From Capsulimonadaceae bacterium (GTDB lineage Bacteria > Armatimonadota > Armatimonadia > Armatimonadales > Capsulimonadaceae), in NCBI GenBank assembly GCA_965215505.1, contig OZ244065.1, forward strand, positions 224,001 to 288,000: a stretch of DNA of 64,000 bases. Reading direction: 5' to 3'. Made by a program: the position numbers and the translations under genes. Shown piece after piece: positions 9,613 through 18,542 of this stretch (position 1 is its first letter; every line of letters starts with the position of its first letter). The notes under the pieces were generated by a model. That model was not told the DNA's origin, ran no database searches, and worked only from the letters and a program-made list of their open reading frames with translations.

Positions 9613-9640
9613 ATTATATCACGGATAGCAGGCCCGTCAA
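9613..9640 (-). promoter_or_regulatory. sigma70-type promoter for STM4015-4011 operon, embedded in cobB 3' end
   Basis: Minus strand TTGACG (9640-9635), 16 bp, then TATAAT (9618-9613) with extended TG. Confidence 0.65.
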
Positions 9641-10342
9641 GACTTCTTCGGCCCTGCCCAGAAACACCTCGTCAAACTCCTCGGAACCCGCCCCGGCCTC
9701 CAGATTGACGAGGGCCGTCCGCGCCCCCGCCTGAGCGGCAATCCGGACGAAAGCGGCGGCGGGCCAGACCGTCCCGGACGTGCCGGCCGCGAGGAACAGG
9801 TCGCACTCCTCTAGGGCCGCCTGCGACCGGATCAGGGCCGCCTCGGGCAGCGTCTCGCCGAACAGCACGACGTCCGGGCGCAGCGAACCGCCGCAGCGCG
9901 GACAGGCGGGGACGGTTTCATACAGGCGATCATCGTCGAACGGCGGCAGGCCGCAGTCTGGGTCCGTACAGCGGGTGCGGAAGGCAGACCCGTGCAGCTC
10001 GGTCACGTCCGGGCTGCCCGCCCGCTGGTGCAGGCCGTCCACGTTCTGCGTCAGCAGCGCCACCGCGCCGGGCCGCGCCTTCTGCAAGGCGGCGATGGCG
10101 GCATGGGCCGCGTTCGGAACCGCGCCGAGGGCGTGGCCCCGGCGCTGGCTGTAAAGGTCCCATAGGGCGGGCAGGCTGCCGGGCAGGAAGCGGGCCTCGA
10201 CGATCCGGGCGATGTCCTCGCGCTCCCACAGCCCGCCCGGCCCGCGATAGGTCGGCAGGCCGGAGCCGACCGAGACGCCCGCGCCGGTGAGGATGACGAT
10301 GCGTTGAGAGGAGTCCAGAGGCAGCGGTTTGAGGGTAGGCAT
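9614..10342 (-). CDS. cobB: NAD-dependent protein deacylase (class III sirtuin)
   Basis: GAGVSVGSGLPTYRG; TQNVDGLHQRAG; LHGS; Zn cysteines; YxxR (YSQR). Confidence 0.9.
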   Translation of the reverse strand: MPTLKPLPLDSSQRIVILTGAGVSVGSGLPTYRGPGGLWEREDIARIVEARFLPGSLPALWDLYSQRRGHALGAVPNAAHAAIAALQKARPGAVALLTQNVDGLHQRAGSPDVTELHGSAFRTRCTDPDCGLPPFDDDRLYETVPACPRCGGSLRPDVVLFGETLPEAALIRSQAALEECDLFLAAGTSGTVWPAAAFVRIAAQAGARTALVNLEAGAGSEEFDEVFLGRAEEVLTGLLSVI

Positions 10343-10347
10343 GGCAG

Positions 10348-11046
10348 TCAGGAGGCGGGGAACAGGAAATAGTAGAGCGTCTTGACCGTGGCGGCGTCCC
10401 GTGCCGACACCTGAACGTCGGCGTTCGGGTCGTGCTGGGCATACATCACGTCGGCGGGATCGGGGCTGTGGCCGCCGACACCGAGCGCGTGGCCGAACTC
10501 GTGGGTGGCGGTGGCGAGCAGCCCCTGCGTCAGCTCGGGAACCGTGATGTCCGGCCAGACATAGACCTGCACGGTGGCAGACTGGAGGACGTTGCCGGCA
10601 CCTGGCACCACCGTCGTTTTACCCGTCTCGGACAGCCCCACCGGGTCCGGGATGGTGACGGTGGAGACGGTGATCTGGGCCTGGCTGGGGTCCGTGACCA
10701 GGGTGAAGCCGGCAGTGCCGCCGGTGGCGGCGGGCCAGCGGCCAAACCCGGTCAGTATCAGGTCGTTGACGTGCGTCGGGCTGCCGCCCTGGGGTGTCAC
10801 CGTCACGTCGTTGGCGAAGTAGACCCGCACCGGCAGGGCGGGCCAGTGGTACAGCGTGATGCTGGAAGCATAGTTCGGGGTGAACTGGCTCAGGTTAGGC
10901 TGATAGGAGCCACCTGCGCCGCCGTCCGACGAACTGCCTCCGCCGCCCCCGCCGCACCCCGCCAGAAGGCCGCTTACGGTAAGCGCGGAGAGGGTTCCGA
11001 GGAACCCGCGCCGCGTTAGGATCACATCGTTGCCGTCACTTGCCAT
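10348..11046 (-). CDS. matrixin-like (M10) zinc metalloprotease, Tat lipoprotein
   Basis: RRGFL Tat motif; LLAG-C lipobox plus poly-Gly; HEFGHALGVGGH and Met-turn VMY. Confidence 0.88.
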   Translation of the reverse strand: MASDGNDVILTRRGFLGTLSALTVSGLLAGCGGGGGGSSSDGGAGGSYQPNLSQFTPNYASSITLYHWPALPVRVYFANDVTVTPQGGSPTHVNDLILTGFGRWPAATGGTAGFTLVTDPSQAQITVSTVTIPDPVGLSETGKTTVVPGAGNVLQSATVQVYVWPDITVPELTQGLLATATHEFGHALGVGGHSPDPADVMYAQHDPNADVQVSARDAATVKTLYYFLFPAS

Positions 11047-11135
11047 GACTTTGTTTTGCCCGCTTCCGGGCTGCTTGCAAACCGCGAGCGTTCCCAGCCA
11101 TTCGTGGCCGGTGGCTACAGGAGCAACCAAGGGCG

Positions 11136-11203
11136 AGGGCAACCACAGGGGGTTGTCCCTACCGGGACCGGATCGCGTAGGGGCAGGCCCGCGTGCCTGC
11201 CCT
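11136..11203. repeat. GTAG-type REP pair (inverted)
   Basis: Minus GTAGGGACAACCCCCTGTGGTTGCCCT (11162-11136) and plus GTAGGGGCAGGCCCGCGTGCCTGCCCT (11177-11203). Confidence 0.8.
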
Positions 11204-11279
11204 CCTCCCTGTGCCTGCCCTCCTCCCCCTGCCTGCGTCCCTCCCCGGAACACCGCCCGCGCGCTTGCTGTTCAAGGAA

Positions 11280-11801
11280 ATGATGCAAAAAGAATTCGTT
11301 AAAGACTCACACTGCTCCTACTGCGGGACCGCATTCCCGGCTGACGCCCCCTGGCCGCGCCGGTGCGCCCGCTGTGGCAATGCCACCTACCGGAACCCGC
11401 TGCCGGTTTCAGTCGTCCTGCTGCCGATAGATGACGGCCTGCTGCTGGTGCGGCGGGTCAACAACCCGCAGGCGGGGAAGCTGGTGCTGCCAGGCGGGTT
11501 TATCGAGGTGGGCGAGACGTGGCAGGAGGCCGGGGCGCGCGAGGTGTTTGAGGAAACCGGGTTTACCGTCGCGCCCGGCGGCATCCGCCTGTTCGACGCC
11601 CTCAGCGCTCCGGACGGGACGCTGCTCGTCTTCGGACTGGCCCCGCCGCAGTCGTCCCGAACCCTGCCGCCGTTCGTGCCTTCAAGCGAGACATCCGAGA
11701 TGACGGTCGCTCGCAGGCCGATGGAATTGGCGTTCTCGACCCACACCGAGGTCGTCGCGCGTTACTGGAAGGAGAGGCTTGAAGATGGCACCAATGTTTG
11801 A
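11280..11801 (+). CDS. zinc-ribbon NUDIX hydrolase
   Basis: CSYC/CARC; Nudix box GGFIEVGETWQEAGAREVFEETG. Confidence 0.9.
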   Translation: MMQKEFVKDSHCSYCGTAFPADAPWPRRCARCGNATYRNPLPVSVVLLPIDDGLLLVRRVNNPQAGKLVLPGGFIEVGETWQEAGAREVFEETGFTVAPGGIRLFDALSAPDGTLLVFGLAPPQSSRTLPPFVPSSETSEMTVARRPMELAFSTHTEVVARYWKERLEDGTNV

Positions 11802-12261
11802 TGAGAAGGGAGTGGTCGCCGCCTGCGCCCACTGCGGCCAGAAGAATCGCATTCCCTATGACCGCCTGGACCAGACCGGAACCTGCGGCAAATGTCAGGC
11901 CCATCTGCCCGCGCCGAGCGCCCCGCTGGACGTGAGCAGCGCAAGGCAGTGGGACGCGCTGGCGGCGGCCTCGCCGCTGCCGGTCATCGTGGACTTCTGG
12001 GCACCCTGGTGCGAGCCTTGCCGCATGGTCGCGCCGGAACTGGAGAAAGTCGCCGCCGCGAACGCGGGGCGCTGGCTGGTCGTGAAGATCAACACGGAAG
12101 CCTTGCCCGAGCTGGGGGCGCGTTTCGGCATCCGCTCGATCCCGACGATGGCTGTCTTCGCCGAGGGCCGTGAGCTGGCCCGGACATCCGGCGCGCGGCC
12201 CGCCGCCGCGATCGAGGCGTGGGTGCGCGAGAACGTGGGCGCTACAGCCGCCAGGCTATAG
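11794..12261 (+). CDS. trxC: thioredoxin 2 (zinc-finger thioredoxin)
   Basis: CAHC..CGKC zinc finger; DFWAPWCEPC; IRSIPT. Confidence 0.85.
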   Translation: MFDEKGVVAACAHCGQKNRIPYDRLDQTGTCGKCQAHLPAPSAPLDVSSARQWDALAAASPLPVIVDFWAPWCEPCRMVAPELEKVAAANAGRWLVVKINTEALPELGARFGIRSIPTMAVFAEGRELARTSGARPAAAIEAWVRENVGATAARL

Positions 12262-13491
12262 CGCCCCTTCCTCTGCCCTTGCGGGCCGACTCCGTTCTGC
12301 GAGCGGCGGCAGGACCAGGCAGACGAAGACCAGGAGCAGGGCGGCCCCCATCGCCGCCACCGTGACCGCCATGGACTGGGAGCTGTGGCGGTAGAAGGCG
12401 CCGACGCAGTACCCCGACACCCCGCCTAGAATGGTCTGGAAGCCGCCGATGAGTGACGACACGGTGCCCGCCATCTGCGGGAACGGCTCCATCGCCGCCG
12501 CCGTGGCGTGCGGCACGACGACGCCCAGCCCGAACAGGTAGAACATCATCGGCACGATGACGCCCGCCAGGCCGCCCGCCCTCAGCTCGGACGACGCCAG
12601 CAGGCCGGCCGCGCCCAATGCGATGCAGCCGATGCCGGCCCGCAGCAGTGTCTCCGAGGGCAGCCGCGTCACCAGGGCGCGGTTCGCCGTCGCGCCGAGC
12701 AGCAGGGCCGAGGCGGTCAGGGCGAAGAACAGGCCGAACAGGTGCGGGCGGACGCCGAACACGTCTATCAGCACGAACGGCGAGCCGGTGATGTAGGCGA
12801 ACATGCCGCCCGAAGCGAAGCAGACGACGAGCATGTAGCCGACGGAGGCGCGGTGGGAGAGGAACAGGCCGTACTGCGCCCGGAGCGCCTTCAGGGAGAA
12901 CGGTGCGGCCCCATCCGCCCGCGCGGTCGCCGTCAGCGCGCGGCGGCAGACCAGCCAGAGCGCCAGCCCGGCGAGGGCGAGGAACACGAAGATCGCGCGC
13001 CAGCCCACCGCCGTCAGCAGGAACCCGCCCCCCGTCGGCGCGACCATGGGGGCGACGATCATCACCTGCGTGATCTGCGAGAAGACGCCGGTCGCCGCCT
13101 CCCGGTCGAAGCTGTCGCGGACGATGGCCCGGCTCAGGACCGGCCCGACCCCCGCCCCCAGGCCCTGCAAAAAGCGCATCCCGATCAGGCAGGGCAGGGT
13201 GGGGGAGGCGGCGCACCCCGCCCCGGCCAACGTGAACAGGACCAGCCCCGCCAGCAGGACCGGCCGCCGCCCGTGCCGGTCGGACAGCGGCCCGCACACG
13301 AGCTGGCTGCCCGCGTACCCCCACAAAAACAGCGAGAGCGTGAGCTGCGCCCGCCCGGCGTCGCCGCCGCCGCCCCACAGCGCCAGCGTCGGCAGGGTGG
13401 GCAGGCTCATGTCAATGGAGAGGGCGGTCATGGCCGTCATCGCGCCCAGGAGGACGGTGAACCAGCGAGACTTCGGGGAGAGCATGGACAC
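12256..13491 (-). CDS. Bcr/CflA-family MFS efflux transporter
   Basis: LSIDMSLP; GPLSDRHGRRPVL; about 12 hydrophobic segments. Confidence 0.9.
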   Translation of the reverse strand: MSMLSPKSRWFTVLLGAMTAMTALSIDMSLPTLPTLALWGGGGDAGRAQLTLSLFLWGYAGSQLVCGPLSDRHGRRPVLLAGLVLFTLAGAGCAASPTLPCLIGMRFLQGLGAGVGPVLSRAIVRDSFDREAATGVFSQITQVMIVAPMVAPTGGGFLLTAVGWRAIFVFLALAGLALWLVCRRALTATARADGAAPFSLKALRAQYGLFLSHRASVGYMLVVCFASGGMFAYITGSPFVLIDVFGVRPHLFGLFFALTASALLLGATANRALVTRLPSETLLRAGIGCIALGAAGLLASSELRAGGLAGVIVPMMFYLFGLGVVVPHATAAAMEPFPQMAGTVSSLIGGFQTILGGVSGYCVGAFYRHSSQSMAVTVAAMGAALLLVFVCLVLPPLAERSRPARAEEGAL

Positions 13492-13562
13492 AAGTTCGAC
13501 GCGGGCCGCCGTTTCTCCTGATTGTTCGCAGGAAAAGGTACACTAGGGGCGGAGGATACGGA

Positions 13563-15428
13563 ATGGGCGTAATGATGCGCGGGGGGCCGCCCGGCCCCAG
13601 GGATGGTGGCAAGGGTGGGGGAAAGAAGCCGCTGAAGCCGGACACATTGCGGCGCGTGGTGCAGACCTTCGTCCCGTACCGCCCGATGGTCGCGGCCATC
13701 GCCGCCGCCGTGTTCGCCTCGGCGGCCCTGGGCCTGTTCTCGCCGTTCCTGCTGCGGGCGATCATCAACCGGGGGCTGTTGGGGCACGACATGGCCCTGG
13801 TCACGCGCGACACGCTCCTGACCCTGGCCGCCACCCTGGGCGCGACGCTGCTCGCCCTGCTCTACGGCTACTGGAGCGTCCTGGTGGGCCAGCGCATCAT
13901 GCGTGACCTGCGGAACCGGCTGTATGACCACCTCCAGGGCATGGCCCTGAAGTTCTTCGCGGACACCCGGACCGGCGAGATCCAGTCGCGGCTCGCCAAT
14001 GACGTCGGCGGCGTCCAGTCCGTCCTCAGCGACACGGCGGCCAGCGTCCTCTCCAACGTCACCATAGTGCTTTCTACCCTCGTCGCCATGATCCTGATGG
14101 ACTGGCGGCTGACCCTGCTGTCGGTCGGCATCCTGCCCCTGTTCGCCCTGCTCGGCCAGAAGGTCGGCGATTACGGGCGCGGAGTGCGCGGGGTCGTGCA
14201 GGAGAGCCTCGCGAACCTGAACGCGACCATGCAGGAAACCTTGTCCGTCTCCGGCGTGCTGCTGACCAAGACGAGCGGCCGGCAGGGCTTGACGCGGGCC
14301 AAGTTCGCTGGGGAGAACGAGGCCCTGACCGGCGCGCAGATCAAGCAGGCGATGGTCTTCCGGTTCTTCTTCAACCTGATCGGCCTGACCTTTTCCCTGA
14401 CGCCCGTTCTGGTCTACTGGCTGGCGGCAGACCTCGTCGTCGGCCACGGCGACAAGCGCCTGACACTGGGCACCATCGTCGCCTTCACCTCCTTGCAGGC
14501 CCGCCTGTTCTTTCCCCTGACCGGCCTGCTGAACGTCCAGATAGAAGTCACCAGCGCCCTGGCCCTCTTCGACCGCATCTTCGAGTACCTGGACTTGAAG
14601 CAGGACATCACCGACGCCCCGGACGCCCTGACACTCGCCCCGGCCCAGATGCGCGGCTCGGTGGCCTTTGAGCGCGTCTCGTTCCGCTACGATGAGTCCC
14701 AGGCCGCGCCGACGCTGGACGACATCACGTTCGAGGCCGCGCCGGGCCAGCTTGTCGCCCTCGTCGGCCACTCGGGTGCGGGCAAGACGACGCTGACCTA
14801 CCTCATCCCCCGGCTGTACGATGCCGACACGGGCCGCGTGACGATTGACGGCCACGACGTGAAACACATCAAGCTCGAATCGCTGGGTCAGGCCATCGCC
14901 GTCGTCACCCAGGAAACATACCTGGTCCACGACACCATCAAGGCCAACCTGCGCTACGGCAGCCCCGACGCCTCCGACGCCGAGCTGATCGCCGCCGCCC
15001 AGGCCGCCGCCATCCACGACCACATCGCAAGCCTGCCGGGTGGCTATGATACGGTCGTCGGCGAGCGCGGCTACAAGCTGTCCGGCGGCGAGAAGCAGCG
15101 CATCGCCATCGCGCGGGCCATCCTGAAGAACCCGCGCATCCTCATTTTGGACGAAGCGACCTCCGCCCTGGACACCCATTCCGAGCGGCTGATCCAGGCC
15201 GCCCTGGTGCCACTGATGGCGGGCCGGACGACGTTCGCCATCGCCCACCGGCTCTCCACCATCCTCGTCGCCGACCTCATCCTGGTCATGGAAGACGGCC
15301 GCATCGTCGAGCGCGGCACCCACACCGCCCTGCTCCGGGCGAACGGCCCCTACGCCCGCCTCTACGCCGCCCAGTTCCAGGAAGGCGACGCGCAGGCATC
15401 GAATGCACTGGCAGCGGGCGTCGCGTAG
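13563..15428 (+). CDS. ABC exporter (fused TMD + ATPase)
   Basis: GHSGAGKT; LSGGEKQR; ILDEATSALD; N-terminal TM helices. Confidence 0.93.
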   Translation: MGVMMRGGPPGPRDGGKGGGKKPLKPDTLRRVVQTFVPYRPMVAAIAAAVFASAALGLFSPFLLRAIINRGLLGHDMALVTRDTLLTLAATLGATLLALLYGYWSVLVGQRIMRDLRNRLYDHLQGMALKFFADTRTGEIQSRLANDVGGVQSVLSDTAASVLSNVTIVLSTLVAMILMDWRLTLLSVGILPLFALLGQKVGDYGRGVRGVVQESLANLNATMQETLSVSGVLLTKTSGRQGLTRAKFAGENEALTGAQIKQAMVFRFFFNLIGLTFSLTPVLVYWLAADLVVGHGDKRLTLGTIVAFTSLQARLFFPLTGLLNVQIEVTSALALFDRIFEYLDLKQDITDAPDALTLAPAQMRGSVAFERVSFRYDESQAAPTLDDITFEAAPGQLVALVGHSGAGKTTLTYLIPRLYDADTGRVTIDGHDVKHIKLESLGQAIAVVTQETYLVHDTIKANLRYGSPDASDAELIAAAQAAAIHDHIASLPGGYDTVVGERGYKLSGGEKQRIAIARAILKNPRILILDEATSALDTHSERLIQAALVPLMAGRTTFAIAHRLSTILVADLILVMEDGRIVERGTHTALLRANGPYARLYAAQFQEGDAQASNALAAGVA

Positions 15429-15447
15429 GGGCGCGATTCACCGCGTC
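15425..15447 (+). repeat. single GTAG-type REP overlapping the ABC gene stop codon
   Basis: GTAG-GGGCGCG-ATTCAC-CGCGTC. Confidence 0.55.
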
Positions 15448-15488
15448 TTCTGTTCCTGTTGCGCCACTTACGTCGGCACACTCTCTGA

Positions 15489-16196
15489 TTACGGCGTGGG
15501 CTTGGCCGGGATGGTGAAGAGGATGTTGTTCAACTGGTCGGCTGAATCCCGATTAACGCTGGCGGCGTGGCCGTCTACCATCACCATATTCAGGCGTCCC
15601 TCATGCCGTACTGAGCCGCCGTGCCAATGCCCGACTTGATCCGAGAATAGAGGCACGTTCACCGGCTCATGCTCAGAGTAGGGCGGCTGACGGCTCCAGG
15701 CACGGACGCCGCCAAGAGTCCGCCCGTCCAGGGCGAGCAGTGTGGTGTAGCTGTAGCTCATGCCGAACGCTTGGAAACAGGAGGGATGAGCCGAAAGCGG
15801 GATGTCCTCAAACGCCCCCGCTTCGTCAAAGCCGTCGTCGCTGGGGCATCGCCACAAGTCGCGGTTCTTGACATAACCGGCCATCACGTTCGGCAAGGTC
15901 AGGTGGCTCACCTGCATCCGAAGGATCTGAGGCCAGTACTTGCTATTCTGCCCGTTCTGCCAAATGTCGGTGCTGAGGTCGATGGCGTCGCCGCCGTAGG
16001 GGTAGCGGTCGTCGCTGTCCTGGGCATACTGGAAAACGGCGAGGCCGAGCTGGCGCAGGTTGGAGAGGCACGCCGTCTGCCGGCCTCGGGCACGGGCTTT
16101 GGCGAAGACTGGAAATAGCAGGGCGGCCAGTGAGGCCACGATAGCGACAACGACGAGGATCTCAACCACTGTAAACCCGGTCTGTCTCTGTTTCAT
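15489..16196 (-). CDS. prepilin-type N-terminal cleavage / DUF1559 protein with H-X9-DG motif
   Basis: GFTVVEILVVVAI...FPVFAKAR...CLSNLRQLG; HEGRLNMVMVDGH. Confidence 0.9.
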   Translation of the reverse strand: MKQRQTGFTVVEILVVVAIVASLAALLFPVFAKARARGRQTACLSNLRQLGLAVFQYAQDSDDRYPYGGDAIDLSTDIWQNGQNSKYWPQILRMQVSHLTLPNVMAGYVKNRDLWRCPSDDGFDEAGAFEDIPLSAHPSCFQAFGMSYSYTTLLALDGRTLGGVRAWSRQPPYSEHEPVNVPLFSDQVGHWHGGSVRHEGRLNMVMVDGHAASVNRDSADQLNNILFTIPAKPTP

Positions 16197-16225
16197 GGGT
16201 GCAATTCACTTCCGAACTCTTCGGC

Positions 16226-16609
16226 TTAGTTGCTCTTGGAAACATCGCGGACTGCCTTATCCATGACGCTTGGGTCAAAAGTTAGTGCGAAGTTGGAGGC
16301 TTCCACACGGTTTATTTCCGCTGTGCCTGCGTCGGTGACAGCGTCGATGCGTTTCTTCCGCTCGGCGCGAGAAAGATGGAGGCGATTACATGTAATCGCT
16401 TCCTGGACGATGCGCTTGCTGCAAATGTCGTTCATCTGATCCAAGCCCACCATCATGCGGCGGACGTCTCTGCCCCGTGGCATTGGCAATTGGGTGTATG
16501 TCACTTGCGGTGGAGCCTGTTTGTTGTGCCAAACGATACCAGCACCAACGAGGCAACAGAGTAGTGCCAATAAAAGTAGTAGGGCGATCCACTTAGACTT
16601 TGGTTTCAT
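16226..16609 (-). CDS. hypothetical membrane-anchored or secreted protein
   Basis: N-terminal hydrophobic segment; GAAGGA SD; co-oriented 29 bp before DUF1559 gene; lower GC. Confidence 0.6.
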   Translation of the reverse strand: MKPKSKWIALLLLLALLCCLVGAGIVWHNKQAPPQVTYTQLPMPRGRDVRRMMVGLDQMNDICSKRIVQEAITCNRLHLSRAERKKRIDAVTDAGTAEINRVEASNFALTFDPSVMDKAVRDVSKSN

Positions 16610-16739
16610 CGCGGTCTTGTCTGTTCCTTCGTAATGCTTTAAGATGAAAGGGCTAAAAGGAAGCCGGAGAGCAAGGACAAGATAGAACGCGCCCCTGTGC
16701 TTCCTTGTCCCATCTTAGACTTGGGAGTCGGGGGACCTC

Positions 16740-18542
16740 TCATTTCGCGAACACCACGTTCGCCACCGTCCGCGCCCCCTCGTTTGCCAGCACGAACCGG
16801 CCCTGCAAGTCGCCGCGCACCAGCGACTCGACGATCTGGAGGCCAAGCGAGTCGGTCTTCTTGATGTCGAAGCCCTCGGGCAGCGGCGTCCCGTCGTTCG
16901 CGACCGTCAGGGTCAAGGTCTTCGGCTCCTCGGCCAGGGTGATGCGGATCTCGCCGTCGTCCATGCCCGGCCCGAAGCCGTGTTCGACGGCGTTCTGGAC
17001 CAATTCGTTCAGGATCAGGGCGACCGAGGTGGCCTGGGCGGAGGGCAGCAGGATGTCCGGGCCTTCGATGTTCATGGCGATGTGCTTGCCGGGGGCCAAT
17101 ATCCCCTGCGCGGTGGCCTGGAGGATCTGCTCGGCGACTTTCTTGACGCTGATGATGTCTAGATCCTCGCGCGCCAGAAGCTCATGCACCGAGGCGATGG
17201 CGAGGATGCGGTTCAGCGACTCGGTCAGCACCTGCACGACGCTGCGGCCATTCGCGTAGTGCATCTGGAGGCGCAGCAGGGAGGCCACCTGCTGCAAGTT
17301 GTTCTTGACCCGGTGGTGCATCTCCTGGATGATCGCCGACTTGACCATGAGCTTCGCGTGTTCGATGGCGATGGCGGCGTGCGCGCCCAGGGCCGAGAGG
17401 ACGGAGATCTCCTCGTCGGTGAACCGGTGCGGCTTCTCGGTGTAGCAGTTCAGGACGCCGATCTTCTTGTTTTTGACCAGCAGCGGGATGGAGGCGAGTG
17501 ACGACAGCCCCTCGCGCCGGGCAAGGTCCGGGGTCGCGTATTCGGTCGAGTTCTTCAGGTCGTAGACCGTCACCGGCTGGCCGGTCGCCAGGGCGCGGCC
17601 CGCGACGCTCTCGCCCAGCTTGACGTTGGCCTTCTTGGCGTACTCGCGGCTGCTGCTCTGGGTCGCCTTGATGACCAACTCCTGCTTGTCCTCGTCGAGC
17701 AGCATCAGCGAGCAGATCTTGAACGAGAGCGTGTCGGCCGTGGCGGCGACGATGAGCTGCAAGATCTCTTCCAGATACAGGTCGCTGGTGATCGTCTTGC
17801 TGACTTCGGAGAGCGTGGAAAGCTGCGAGGCGCGCTTTTCCAGCTTGCGGTACTGGCGCGAGTTCTCCACCGCGCCCGAAATCTGGGAGGCGATGGACTG
17901 GAGCAGCCGCACCTGCGTCTGCGTGTACTGGTGTTCCTTCTCGGTGCGGACGTTGATGACGCCCAGCACCTCGCCCCGGTAGATCAGCGGCACGCTCAAC
18001 ATGCTCTGGTACTTGTCTTCTTGAAGCTCCGGGACGTACTTGAAGCGGGCGTCGTGGCGGGCGTCGTGCCCGAGCATCGCCGGCTCCTTGTGCTGGGCGA
18101 CCCATCCGGTCACCCCCTCGCCGGGCTTCAGCCGCAGCTTGCCGATGACCTCGCCCGAGCCGTCGGTGACGGCCCGCAGGACCAGGGTGTCGTGGGCATC
18201 GTTGAACAGGTAGACCTGCGACGAGTCCGTGCCGGTCACCTGCACGGCGACACCGGCGACTGCCTTCAGCATCTCTTCCAGGTCGAACAGCGACCCCATC
18301 GCCTCGCCGATGCGCCGCAGCGCCTCGCCCTCGGCGTTCCGGTCGTCGTGGGCGCGCTCCATCGCCTGGATGCGTCCCTGGGCCGCCTTCAGCTCCGCCG
18401 TCCGCGCCTCCAGGGCCTGGTGCAGCCGCGAGGAGTTAGCCTCATGGGAGCGGAGGGCTTGGGTGTGGCGCTTGAGGAACAGCGCGCGCCGCCCGTACCC
18501 GATCCGTGGCGGCACGCCGTTGATGTCTTTGTTGTGTTTCAT
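16740..18542 (-). CDS. dual-GAF HisKA_2 sensor histidine kinase (PdtaS-like); start uncertain
   Basis: Two GAF repeats; EMHHRVKNNLQ; NELVQNAVEHG; SLGLQIV. Confidence 0.9.
   Translation of the reverse strand: MKHNKDINGVPPRIGYGRRALFLKRHTQALRSHEANSSRLHQALEARTAELKAAQGRIQAMERAHDDRNAEGEALRRIGEAMGSLFDLEEMLKAVAGVAVQVTGTDSSQVYLFNDAHDTLVLRAVTDGSGEVIGKLRLKPGEGVTGWVAQHKEPAMLGHDARHDARFKYVPELQEDKYQSMLSVPLIYRGEVLGVINVRTEKEHQYTQTQVRLLQSIASQISGAVENSRQYRKLEKRASQLSTLSEVSKTITSDLYLEEILQLIVAATADTLSFKICSLMLLDEDKQELVIKATQSSSREYAKKANVKLGESVAGRALATGQPVTVYDLKNSTEYATPDLARREGLSSLASIPLLVKNKKIGVLNCYTEKPHRFTDEEISVLSALGAHAAIAIEHAKLMVKSAIIQEMHHRVKNNLQQVASLLRLQMHYANGRSVVQVLTESLNRILAIASVHELLAREDLDIISVKKVAEQILQATAQGILAPGKHIAMNIEGPDILLPSAQATSVALILNELVQNAVEHGFGPGMDDGEIRITLAEEPKTLTLTVANDGTPLPEGFDIKKTDSLGLQIVESLVRGDLQGRFVLANEGARTVANVVFAK

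Noticed and set aside
9614-10342. Sirtuin as an anti-phage SIR2 effector or as part of the STM operon
   Set aside because: It is a canonical short zinc-binding CobB, and the STM operon has its own promoter inside the cobB 3' end.
13437-15323. Long antisense ORFs (also 28770-30608, 35486-38026, 50542-52278, 41604-42911)
   Set aside because: Shadow frames of clearly recognisable genes, expected in high-GC DNA; no motifs of their own.
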